A stretch of DNA of 64,000 nucleotides. Source: Candidatus Woesebacteria bacterium GW2011_GWB1_33_22 (lineage in GTDB: Bacteria; Patescibacteriota; Microgenomatia; UBA8517). Each line of letters begins with the position of its first letter. Positions within the stretch are counted from its first letter, which is position 1. This document shows, piece after piece, positions 38,501 through 47,452 of the stretch. Position numbers and translations under genes: made by a program. The stretch lies in contig LBOW01000002.1 of assembly GCA_000989765.1 (NCBI GenBank), forward strand, positions 70,843-134,842, given 5' to 3'. The notes under the pieces are model-generated. The model made no database searches, was not told the DNA's origin, and was given only the letters and a program-made list of their open reading frames with translations.

Positions 38501-39712
38501 TTATTTTATTTTTTTAATAACTTCCTCGAAATCTAGAAGTTCTGTTTTGTCTGAAGTGCGTTCTTTGTATTCAATTTCACCTGCCTGCGCAGACAGGTCT
38601 CCAGTTTTATCAGACACAACAAGTCTTACTGGAATACCGATTAAATCAGCATCATTAAACTTTTGCCCCGCAGGAACGTCTCTGTCATCAAACAAAACAT
38701 CAATTCCAGCGTTTTTAAGTTTTTCATAAATATCTTCACCCTTACCACTTAACCCAATCAAATGAACCTGAAAAGGACTAATCTCTTTGTTCCAAATTAT
38801 ACCTTTGTTATCATGACTCACCTCTACCCAAGTACCCATAACCCTGGTTGGTCCAATTCCATAACTTCCAAACCAGATTGGTTTTTTCTTCCCGTCTTCA
38901 TCAGTAAAATAAGCTCTCATTCTCTCTGCATACCAAGTTCCTAATGGAAAAATATTCCCCACCTCAATTGCTTTTGAACTTTTGTAATCTTTTTTATCCC
39001 CTTTCAACACTTCTTCATTAATTGCTTCTGGATCACCATCTCTCCAATAAATTGTATCTTCTCCAGCATCCGAAAGAACTTGAAACTCATGGGTAAACTT
39101 GTCAGTAAATACACCACCAGAAGCTTTGGTCACTTTAAAATTAAATCCTAATCTTCTAAAAATTTTCGAATATGCATCTTTTACTTTTTCGTAGTACTCC
39201 ATCAAGTTTTCTTCAGTTGTATGAGCTGAATATAAATCTTTCATCATAAATTCACGTCCACGTAATATCCCAGATTTTGCGCGTAGTTCATTTCTAAACT
39301 TAGTCGAAAAATGATAGACGGAAACAGGTAAATCTTTATAACTAGTTATGTTTTTACGAAGAAGATCCATCACAATTTCCTCATGTGTAAATGAAAGTGC
39401 ATATTCCTTCTGCCTTGGATCCGAAAGTTTATACATAATATCATTGGCCTTATCCCACCTACCAGTTTCATTCCAAATTTCTTTTGGATGCAAAAGTGGC
39501 ATTAACATTTCCTGTGCCCCTATAGCATTCATTTCTTCCCTAATTATCTGATTAATTTTTGTAACAACTTTCCAGCCCATAGGCAATAGGGTCCAGCTCC
39601 CAGCCATTAATTGATCCATAAAACCCGCCCGGACCAAAAGTTTATGATTTATTGATTCAGCGTCTTTAGGCGCTTCTTTTCTTGTTTTAGGAAATAGTGA
39701 TGATTGCTTCAT
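38501..39712 (-). CDS. proS: prolyl-tRNA synthetase, short archaeal/eukaryote-like class II form
   Basis: Class II motifs and an anticodon-binding domain. Confidence 0.85.
   Translation of the reverse strand: MKQSSLFPKTRKEAPKDAESINHKLLVRAGFMDQLMAGSWTLLPMGWKVVTKINQIIREEMNAIGAQEMLMPLLHPKEIWNETGRWDKANDIMYKLSDPRQKEYALSFTHEEIVMDLLRKNITSYKDLPVSVYHFSTKFRNELRAKSGILRGREFMMKDLYSAHTTEENLMEYYEKVKDAYSKIFRRLGFNFKVTKASGGVFTDKFTHEFQVLSDAGEDTIYWRDGDPEAINEEVLKGDKKDYKSSKAIEVGNIFPLGTWYAERMRAYFTDEDGKKKPIWFGSYGIGPTRVMGTWVEVSHDNKGIIWNKEISPFQVHLIGLSGKGEDIYEKLKNAGIDVLFDDRDVPAGQKFNDADLIGIPVRLVVSDKTGDLSAQAGEIEYKERTSDKTELLDFEEVIKKIK
38580..38597. repeat. family B mini-element variant (CCTGCCTGCGCAGACAGG) inside proS
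   Basis: Encodes SAQAGE in-frame. Confidence 0.75.
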
Positions 39713-39739
39713 ATGAACTTATTGTATCACTTCATTGTC

Positions 39740-40828
39740 TCATTTCACCATGTTCTCAAGGAAGCCTGAAATGGAACCGGCAGAAATTAATCCTCTTATA
39801 TCTTTAATAGTTATGGCCAAAATTAGCCCCAACAAAATTATCATACCAATAGAATGAATTGCAACCTCGACTTTTGGAATTACTTTTCTGCCTATAACTT
39901 TTTCTATAAAAATAAATAAAAGTCTTCCGCCGTCAAGAGCTGGAAAAGGCAAGATATTTAAAATTGCAAGATTAACTGAAATTATCCCTAAAAGATTAAT
40001 TAATGGTAAAATTCCTGTTTTTGCAACTTCTGAAGTAATTGCAAATACGCCAACTGGACCTGAAATATCTTTAGGAGACTGCCCGTTAAACATATCTGTA
40101 AAAATTGTATAGAATCCAACTACAACATTTTTTCCCCAAAATAGGGCTTCCTTAAATCCATAATAGGCTCCATAAAAAGGCCTTTGCCAAACTGCTGGAA
40201 AATATATTTCAGTCGATGAAATTGTTACCCCCAAAGATCCTTCCCCTTGAGGAGGATTAATTCTCGGTACAAGACTAACTTTTCTATCACCCAAGTCAAG
40301 TGTAATTTTCTTGCCTTTCTTAGATTCGACTTTAGTCACAAATTCCGAAACACTTTTAACCTCTTCACCATCAACTTTTTTGACAATATCCCCAACTATC
40401 AATTTAGCTAGTTGCGCGGGAGAGTTTGTTGTTATATCTAAAATTTTAACTACTTCAGTATTTTTTGGTATTCCTGAAAAGGAATAGACAATCGCAAATG
40501 CAAATATCCCCAATAAAAAATTCATAATAACCCCTGCAACGATAACTGCTATCTTAATCTTCTTTGATTTATATACAAAGGCTCTTTCTTTTTTAGTTAC
40601 TCCTTCTTCTGACATCTCCCCATGAAGTTTTACAAAACCCCCAAAAGGAAGAAGATTAATTGACCAAAGAGTTTCCCCTATTTTTTTACCGAAAATGCGA
40701 GGTGGCAAGCCAAATCCAAACTCTTCAACTAAAATTCCATTTTTCTTGGCAACAATGTAATGCCCAAACTCATGAACTATTACTAAAATAGAAAGAACTA
40801 AAAAGAAAATCAAAATTGACCAAAACAT
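39740..40828 (-). CDS. rseP: RIP metalloprotease RseP (site-2 protease, M50) with PDZ domain
   Basis: HEFGHY motif, PDZ domain and LDGG motif. Confidence 0.85.
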   Translation of the reverse strand: MFWSILIFFLVLSILVIVHEFGHYIVAKKNGILVEEFGFGLPPRIFGKKIGETLWSINLLPFGGFVKLHGEMSEEGVTKKERAFVYKSKKIKIAVIVAGVIMNFLLGIFAFAIVYSFSGIPKNTEVVKILDITTNSPAQLAKLIVGDIVKKVDGEEVKSVSEFVTKVESKKGKKITLDLGDRKVSLVPRINPPQGEGSLGVTISSTEIYFPAVWQRPFYGAYYGFKEALFWGKNVVVGFYTIFTDMFNGQSPKDISGPVGVFAITSEVAKTGILPLINLLGIISVNLAILNILPFPALDGGRLLFIFIEKVIGRKVIPKVEVAIHSIGMIILLGLILAITIKDIRGLISAGSISGFLENMVK

Positions 40829-40850
40829 ATTACAAGAGTATATTTAAAAT

Positions 40851-41048
40851 ATGTTAACTAAACAAGATTTAAATGCTATTGGAGGATTGGTTGAGGAAAA
40901 ACTTATTCCAGTTCGAAAGGATATCAAAAAAATTCAAAAAACCCTCGACTTTACAATTGATCATTTTGATAAAAATAATATCAAAATTGTAGAAAATGTT
41001 AGAGATATTCAATTCCGACTAGATTATCCAGTCATGGATTATGTTTAA
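40851..41048 (+). CDS. hypothetical small protein (65 aa)
   Basis: ORF only. Confidence 0.3.
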   Translation: MLTKQDLNAIGGLVEEKLIPVRKDIKKIQKTLDFTIDHFDKNNIKIVENVRDIQFRLDYPVMDYV

Positions 41049-41054
41049 GTTTTT

Positions 41055-41609
41055 TCAAATTTGGAGTAAGTCTGCTTTTTTGGCTTCGCCCAAACTTTCT
41101 AATTTGGCAATATGAGAATCTGTTAATTCTTGAAGTGTTTTTTCATCACTAAACTTTTCATCTTCTGTAATCTCTTTACTTTCAAACTTTTTCTTTATTT
41201 CATGCATTTCATCAGCCCTAACTTGACGGATCATTACCTTACCGTTTTCAAGTTTAGAAGATAAGAGTTTAACATATTTTTCTCTGTCTTCAGTTGTCAT
41301 TGGAGGAATTGAAATTCTAATTACCTCGCCATCGATCGAAGGATTAAAACCTAAGTTTGCTTCAAGTAGACCTTTTCTGATGTCCCCAATAATTGATTTG
41401 TCCCATGGAGAAATAACAATTTGAGTTGGGTCCGTAACTGTAATTGAAGCAAGCTCCATAACCTTTAAAAATTGTGTGCCGCCATATGCAGGGCAGACAA
41501 TATTTTCAACCATTGCTGAAGTTGCACGACCAGTTCTTATTCCAGAGATATCAGAAGCCACAAGATCAACTACTTTTTGAAATTTTTGTATTACCGAAGG
41601 ATCTATCAT
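41055..41609 (-). CDS. frr: ribosome recycling factor
   Basis: Conserved RRF core. Confidence 0.9.
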   Translation of the reverse strand: MIDPSVIQKFQKVVDLVASDISGIRTGRATSAMVENIVCPAYGGTQFLKVMELASITVTDPTQIVISPWDKSIIGDIRKGLLEANLGFNPSIDGEVIRISIPPMTTEDREKYVKLLSSKLENGKVMIRQVRADEMHEIKKKFESKEITEDEKFSDEKTLQELTDSHIAKLESLGEAKKADLLQI

Positions 41610-42058
41610 TCTTTGCCAAGTTCTATTCGAACTACTCTACCCAGTTTAATATTTTCCCCAGTTTTTGCAATAACCTCTTTAATTAAATCTCCTATTTTTT
41701 TGCTTGGGTCTTTGATAAATTCTTGTTTCTCTATCTCTTTTTCTCCCATTCCTGCAACTTGAAGAGCAATGTCTTTTCCTAAAGCTTCAAAAAGATCGTT
41801 TCTAGCTACAAAATCGGTCTCTGAAAATAGTTCAACTAAAACGCCAACTTTACCTGTGTGGTGTGCGTAAGTAAACACTTTTCCTTGTTTTGTTTCTCTT
41901 TCCGATCGCTTGGCAACTTTCTCGTAACCTTCTTTCTTCAAAATTTCTAGAGCCGTAGACCGATTGCCATTAGCTTCTTCAAGCACTTGCTTGACACGCA
42001 TTACTCCAGCCCCAGTCTCTTCTCTTAATTTTTTGATCAAATCTGCATTTATCTTCAT
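41606..42058 (-). CDS. tsf: elongation factor Ts, short form (150 aa)
   Basis: N-terminal UBA-like LIKKLREETGAGVM. Confidence 0.85.
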   Translation of the reverse strand: MKINADLIKKLREETGAGVMRVKQVLEEANGNRSTALEILKKEGYEKVAKRSERETKQGKVFTYAHHTGKVGVLVELFSETDFVARNDLFEALGKDIALQVAGMGEKEIEKQEFIKDPSKKIGDLIKEVIAKTGENIKLGRVVRIELGKE

Positions 42059-42765
42059 TTTTTTACTTTTGAAGTTTTTGGCACTTTTTGACCCTCAAGA
42101 ATTGCTTGTTTGATATATTCCAAAACCAAATGAAGTGCTTTAGTTGCATCATCATTCATTGGTATAGGGAAATCTACCATGTTAGGATCTGAATTAGTAT
42201 CAACAATACCAACTACTTTGATTTTCTTTCTATTTGCTTCATGAATTGCAGTTATTTCTTTTCTAATATCAACAACAATTAAAAGATCAGGTACTGCTTT
42301 TAAGTTTGTAATACCTCCAAAAAATCTCTCAAGTCTATCTTTTTCTCTTTCTATTAAAACTCTTTCTTTCTTTGTATATTTGGCATAATAGCCATTTATA
42401 AGTTTTTCTTTAATATCTGCAAGCTTGTCAAGAGATTTTTTAATTTGATTAAAGTTGGTAATTGTTCCACCAAGCCATCGTTCAGTAACTATGGAAATTC
42501 CTGTCTCCTTACCAATTTCCAAAGCTTTGTCTTTAGCTTGTTTTTTAGTAGCCAGAAGTAAAATAGTTTTGCCTTCTTGAATAGTTTTAGTAATTTCAGC
42601 CAAAGCAATTTCTAAAGATTCTTTAGTTTTAACCAAATCAAAGATATGAACGCCATCTTGTTCACCATATACAAACTCTTTTACTTTTGGATTCCAACGT
42701 CTAACCTGGTGACCAAAATGAGCACCACTTTCAAGTAAATCTTCTAATGAAATTTTAATAGCCAT
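42055..42765 (-). CDS. rpsB: 30S ribosomal protein S2
   Basis: GAHFGHQVRRWNPK. Confidence 0.9.
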   Translation of the reverse strand: MAIKISLEDLLESGAHFGHQVRRWNPKVKEFVYGEQDGVHIFDLVKTKESLEIALAEITKTIQEGKTILLLATKKQAKDKALEIGKETGISIVTERWLGGTITNFNQIKKSLDKLADIKEKLINGYYAKYTKKERVLIEREKDRLERFFGGITNLKAVPDLLIVVDIRKEITAIHEANRKKIKVVGIVDTNSDPNMVDFPIPMNDDATKALHLVLEYIKQAILEGQKVPKTSKVKK

Positions 42766-42787
42766 GGAGTGTATTTTAATTTAAAGA

Positions 42788-43309
42788 TTAGAGTTTAACA
42801 AGTGCTTGTTTGTTTATTTTAATATTTTCCAGTGCAGACTTCCCCGCAGCATGAGCCAAGTAAATTGCAGTTTTAGCATCAGAAATTGCATTTTTATTCC
42901 CAATTTTACTAATTCTATATGCCAATTTTTCTAAACTTTGTGAGATCTTTCTAACTTCCATTGGAACCTCAATTGCATATTTTAGAGTTTTAGTTATTTC
43001 TTGTTTTCTCTTTTTATCTGTAGACGGTAGTCTATAAGCTATAAGCACCTTATCATACGCTTTCTTATCTTCCTCTGCCAATTTGGTTAGTTTCTCTTTT
43101 AATTCGACAACATTTTTATGGATCCTAATAATGTCTTTTTTATTTTTTTCATATTTTTCTTTACCCAAAGTTAAATTACAAACCATTTCAACTAAAGATG
43201 CCGCAAAAGCTCCTGAAAGTGCAGCCACAACTCCACCTCCAGGTGTTGGATTTTTACTCCCCAACTCTTTTTGAAATTGTTTTAAGGTTTTGGAATTGAT
43301 TACTCCCAT
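42788..43309 (-). CDS. formiminotetrahydrofolate cyclodeaminase (FTCD C-terminal domain) as a stand-alone ORF
   Basis: PTPGGGVVAALSGAFAASL motif. Confidence 0.75.
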   Translation of the reverse strand: MGVINSKTLKQFQKELGSKNPTPGGGVVAALSGAFAASLVEMVCNLTLGKEKYEKNKKDIIRIHKNVVELKEKLTKLAEEDKKAYDKVLIAYRLPSTDKKRKQEITKTLKYAIEVPMEVRKISQSLEKLAYRISKIGNKNAISDAKTAIYLAHAAGKSALENIKINKQALVKL

Positions 43310-44187
43310 AGTCTCTTTTCTAATACTTGATCACCTTTAAAGGTTGAACCTTTAAAGGTTGTTCGAATAGCTTTTACAAGCGCTTCAAGCGGAATCATAC
43401 CATAAATTTCTGAAGATTTGATCCCAACTCCTAAGTTTTTAGCTTCTTTTTCTATCTCTCTGTATGCTTTATCAAAGTTTGTTATTTCAAAATCAACCAA
43501 ATTCATAGAAACTTGAGCCATCCCATCAACTTCAAAACCTAATGCTTTAACAGCTTTAAGTCCCCCATCTTTTTCTCTTATCTTTTTTGCAATTTCTTTT
43601 GCAATATTAACATCATTCGTTTCCAAATTAACATTATAGGCAACCAAATATTTCCTGGCCCCAATTACAACCGCTCCCGCAGTTGGATGTGGTTTATCTG
43701 GTCCATAATCAGGCTTACGCATAACTTTTTTAATCCCTTCATATTCTCCAACCCTGACATCTGCCAAGTTTCTATATTCCTCTTTTTTAGCTGAAGCTTC
43801 ATACATAAAAACTGGAATTTTAAGTTCGTCTGCAACTTTTTTGGCTAGTTTATTTGAAAGTTTTACACATTCTTCCATCGAAACGCCTGAGACAGGAACA
43901 AAGGGAACGACGTCAACGGCTCCAATTCTTGGATGCTCGCCAACATGGGAATTCATGTCTATTAACTTTGAAGCTACTTTAATTGATTCAAAAACAGAAT
44001 TCAAAACATCCTCAGGAGAACCTACTATAGTAAATAGCATTCTATTATGTGAAGCATTGTACTCAAGTTCAAACACCTTAACTGGTTTACCCTGAGCTTG
44101 CCGAAGGGAAGCATCAAAAATCGCATTTATAATTTTTTTATTTTTGCCTTCACTAAAATTCGGCACACACTCAACAATCTTTTGCAT
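43300..44187 (-). CDS. ftcD: glutamate formimidoyltransferase (FTCD N-terminal domain)
   Basis: IVECVPNFSEGKN start; contains the inserted RQAQGKP mini-element. Confidence 0.8.
   Translation of the reverse strand: MQKIVECVPNFSEGKNKKIINAIFDASLRQAQGKPVKVFELEYNASHNRMLFTIVGSPEDVLNSVFESIKVASKLIDMNSHVGEHPRIGAVDVVPFVPVSGVSMEECVKLSNKLAKKVADELKIPVFMYEASAKKEEYRNLADVRVGEYEGIKKVMRKPDYGPDKPHPTAGAVVIGARKYLVAYNVNLETNDVNIAKEIAKKIREKDGGLKAVKALGFEVDGMAQVSMNLVDFEITNFDKAYREIEKEAKNLGVGIKSSEIYGMIPLEALVKAIRTTFKGSTFKGDQVLEKRLWE
44089..44112. repeat. family C mini-element (ACCCTGAGCTTGCCGAAGGGAAGC) inside ftcD
   Basis: Encodes LRQAQGKP in-frame. Confidence 0.75.
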
Positions 44188-44208
44188 TTTTATATTATAA
44201 CTTAAAAT

Positions 44209-44857
44209 TCAATAAATTCTTTCTTTAGATCGTCCTTCAAGTATCTCTTGTTCAACAAAGGCTTTTGCTCTTGCCTTCAAAAACCATAAAGCATCGCTGT
44301 CACGATAAAAGGGGTTTCTTAAATTTTCTATTACAATATCGTATTTCATATTTTGTACTGACATATCAGAAAAATTATTCGCATGAGTTGACCTGTCTGA
44401 AACAAGAAATATTGTTTCTACCTGCTGAATATCTTGTTTTGTTTCTATTGCGTGCTCTTGAAAAGCTTTAATGTTTATTGGTTCTCGTATATCGACAAAC
44501 GCCACTCTTGGAACAGAAAGTTGATAAATTTTATTTAACATTAACCCATGAATTAACATCGGATTCCATTCCGTCATCTTAGTTTTAAGATCAGACATTA
44601 TACCTCTCCAATAATCATTCTTTGTTACCCCATCCCAGTCGTCTGACGTAACTTCTTTTTTTAAAAGTGTTAAAGTGCCTATGTTGTTCCTAAACTCATC
44701 TCCCCAAGTACTAAATGGTTTTAAAATATCTTTTACAGGATCAACTGATGACGCATGCAAGAAGTTAATACCTCTCTCTCAATATTTGTCCAACTTGTTT
44801 TCCAAATTCAGATTTTCCACTTTCAGGCAACCCATTTACAACATATATCTTGTTCAT
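44209..44857 (-). pseudogene. T4 gp1-like dNMP kinase (P-loop), frameshifted at a (CT)5/(GA)5 tract
   Basis: 31 aa Walker A segment MNKIYVVNGLPESGKSEFGK ends at TAA. The 183 aa remainder continues in another frame across cctctctctc. Confidence 0.55.
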
Positions 44858-44905
44858 ATCTAGACGCAAGTTACCCTAGAGTAGACAAAACTTCAAGGAG
44901 GGAAA

Positions 44906-45850
44906 TTATTCTAAAAGCCCAAACTTCTTAATTTTATCAATGAATTCCTCTGTTTCTCTTTTATTTTTAAGCCCTTTCTCATTTGCAATTTGTCTAATTT
45001 CCTCTGATGAAAAAACAACTCCTCGCTTATTTAACATATCAATTAAGATTTCTCTCTCAGGTCTAGTAACTTTGGTTGCATTAAGTTGATAATCGTCGAA
45101 CGCCTCCCAAGTAAGAGGAAATGCATCTTTAATGACCATCGCCATATTGTTTGCATATTCACGGATTTCATATTGGGCATGTGGATCCATTCTAAGTTTT
45201 AAAAAATGAAGCATATTGTGTAAATTTGTTTTCCAATACCATTCTGTATAACTAGCAACGGGTAAAACAGTTCGTGCAAGTTCTCTTGCTAGGCCAAAAC
45301 CAGCACCATTCTCACCCAACAATTCTTGGTATAAATTATTTGCATCTTTATAAAAATCTGATAATTTAACCTTAATTTCTTCAGCAACATCTGGATTTAC
45401 TGCATTTCCTCTATCTTGTTTATTATTAACTGATTGGACAGAAATTACATCTGGTTCCGGAATGTAAAACTCATCTTTTACGATTGAATATCTTGCTGAA
45501 TATTCATTCAAGCTAGCAGTTCTATGTCTTACCCATTGTCTTGCTACAAAAATCGGCATCTTTGCATGAAATTTAATCTCAGGCATTTCGAAAGGAGAGG
45601 TATGCTCATTCCTCATTAGATATCTTAAAAGTCCTCTAGTTTCACTGGCTTTTCTAGTACCTTCACCATATGAAACCCTAGCTGCTTGTTCAATAGATTC
45701 GTCTGTCCCAGAATAATCAACTAAGTATAAAAATCCATGATCCAATACTGGGACAACGACTCCCATCCATTCTTCAGCCCCAATATTAACTGGACGTAGA
45801 GTTTCATTACGAGAAAGGTCTAATCTACAAAAGTGACTTCTATCAGTCAT
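44906..45850 (-). CDS. thyX: flavin-dependent thymidylate synthase
   Basis: ThyX motif RHRTASLNEYSARY. Confidence 0.9.
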   Translation of the reverse strand: MTDRSHFCRLDLSRNETLRPVNIGAEEWMGVVVPVLDHGFLYLVDYSGTDESIEQAARVSYGEGTRKASETRGLLRYLMRNEHTSPFEMPEIKFHAKMPIFVARQWVRHRTASLNEYSARYSIVKDEFYIPEPDVISVQSVNNKQDRGNAVNPDVAEEIKVKLSDFYKDANNLYQELLGENGAGFGLARELARTVLPVASYTEWYWKTNLHNMLHFLKLRMDPHAQYEIREYANNMAMVIKDAFPLTWEAFDDYQLNATKVTRPEREILIDMLNKRGVVFSSEEIRQIANEKGLKNKRETEEFIDKIKKFGLLE

Positions 45851-46073
45851 GTTTGCAAATTACCCTAACTTCACTAAAACTTCAAGGAGGAAAATTATTT
45901 TTTTAACTATCTTTTAATCTTTTTGAAGTCTATAAAAAGTTTGTCATCATCATAATTGGCCTTTAGCTCAACTTTCTTTCCTAAAAATCCAAATTTTCGT
46001 CTTATTTCAACTGGAATTGTAAATCGTCCATTTGTTACTTTAACTGTATAAGTTTTATTAATCATTTGATTTA

Positions 46074-46403
46074 CTATCTATTATCTCCACTACCATGAAG
46101 AACATTTCTTTCCATCCTTGAAGCAAGTTTTTCTACATTTGCCTTTGCTACTTCTGAAAGTTTAATTCCCAAATCTGTTGACAGTTGAGCCAAATACCAT
46201 AGAACATCCCCTAACTCTTTTTTAATTTCGTTTCTTTTCTCTTTTGTTAAAATTCCCCCATCATCCCTCATTACCTTTTTTATTTTTCCAACAACTTCGC
46301 CTGCTTCATCTGCCAAGCCTAATGCAGGATATACAAACTTTTGACCAATTACAGGGTAAATTGCTGTTTTGTTTGCTTCTTTTTGATATTCATCAAAATC
46401 CAT
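46074..46403 (-). CDS. MazG-like nucleotide pyrophosphohydrolase
   Basis: EAGEV and ELGDVLWYL motifs. Confidence 0.75.
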   Translation of the reverse strand: MDFDEYQKEANKTAIYPVIGQKFVYPALGLADEAGEVVGKIKKVMRDDGGILTKEKRNEIKKELGDVLWYLAQLSTDLGIKLSEVAKANVEKLASRMERNVLHGSGDNR

Positions 46404-46455
46404 AAATTTAATTTTAACACTTTAACTTTTGTTTATTAACTGCTAAAAATACATA

Positions 46456-47007
46456 ATGCTAATTATTGGAATTACAGGAACTTTGGGAGCTGGGAAAGGA
46501 ACTATTGTTGAATATTTAGTTAAAAACAAAAACTTCAAACATTATTCTGTAAGTGGATATTTAAAGGAAGAATTACAAAAAAGAAATTTAGAAATAAATA
46601 GAACTAATCTACAAGATGTTGGCAATGAACTGCGCGAAAAATTTGGACCAGACTACATTACTCAACAACTGTTTAATCTCGCAAACAAAAAGAAAGAGAA
46701 TTCAATAATTGAAAGTATTAGAAACCCAAAAGAAGCTGAATTTATTAAATCACATGGCGGAATTATGTTTGCAATTATTGCTGATCAAAAAACAAGATAT
46801 GAAAGAATAAGAGAAAGGCAATCTGAAAAAGACTCTGTAACATTTGATGAATTCATAAAACAAGAGATGAGAGAAATGCAAAATACAGACCCAAATGCAC
46901 AAAATCTTCCAAAATGTATTGAAATGAGCGATTATTTATTTAATAATGATGGTAGTTTAGAAAACTTATATGAAGAAATTGAAAAAAGTCCGCCCATCAT
47001 GGGATAA
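46456..47007 (+). CDS. P-loop nucleotide/nucleoside kinase (dNMP-kinase or CoaE-like)
   Basis: Walker A GITGTLGAGKGT; overlaps the dCMP deaminase gene. Confidence 0.6.
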   Translation: MLIIGITGTLGAGKGTIVEYLVKNKNFKHYSVSGYLKEELQKRNLEINRTNLQDVGNELREKFGPDYITQQLFNLANKKKENSIIESIRNPKEAEFIKSHGGIMFAIIADQKTRYERIRERQSEKDSVTFDEFIKQEMREMQNTDPNAQNLPKCIEMSDYLFNNDGSLENLYEEIEKSPPIMG

Positions 47008-47452
47008 ATACTTTTTGGAAATAATGCAAACCGTATCCAAGAGAGGAACTTGTGATAGAGGTCATGCTTCTTGTGTCTTTGTAAAGAATAAACAAATTTT
47101 AGTAACTGGATACGCAGGATCACCTGTTGGTTTTCCACATTGTGATGAAATTGGACACCAACTAAAAAAGATAATTCACGAGGACGGAACGATTACTGAA
47201 CACTGTGTCAGAACAGTTCATGCTGAACAAAATGCAATTTGCCAAGCTGCAAAAAGAGGTGTATCTCTTGAAGGATCTACGGTCTATGTAAACATGACCC
47301 CTTGTAGAACTTGTGCAATGTTACTTATAAATACAGGCATTAAAAGAGTAATAGCCCAAAACAAATATCATGCAGGAGCTGAAAGTGAAGCAATGTTTAA
47401 AATAGCAAAAATTAAATTGGAATTTATTTCTTCTGAAACTGTAAGATATTAG
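46970..47452 (+). CDS. dCMP deaminase (ComEB-type)
   Basis: Zinc motifs HAEQNA and PCRTCA; N-terminal RPSWDKYF. Confidence 0.85.
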   Translation: MKKLKKVRPSWDKYFLEIMQTVSKRGTCDRGHASCVFVKNKQILVTGYAGSPVGFPHCDEIGHQLKKIIHEDGTITEHCVRTVHAEQNAICQAAKRGVSLEGSTVYVNMTPCRTCAMLLINTGIKRVIAQNKYHAGAESEAMFKIAKIKLEFISSETVRY

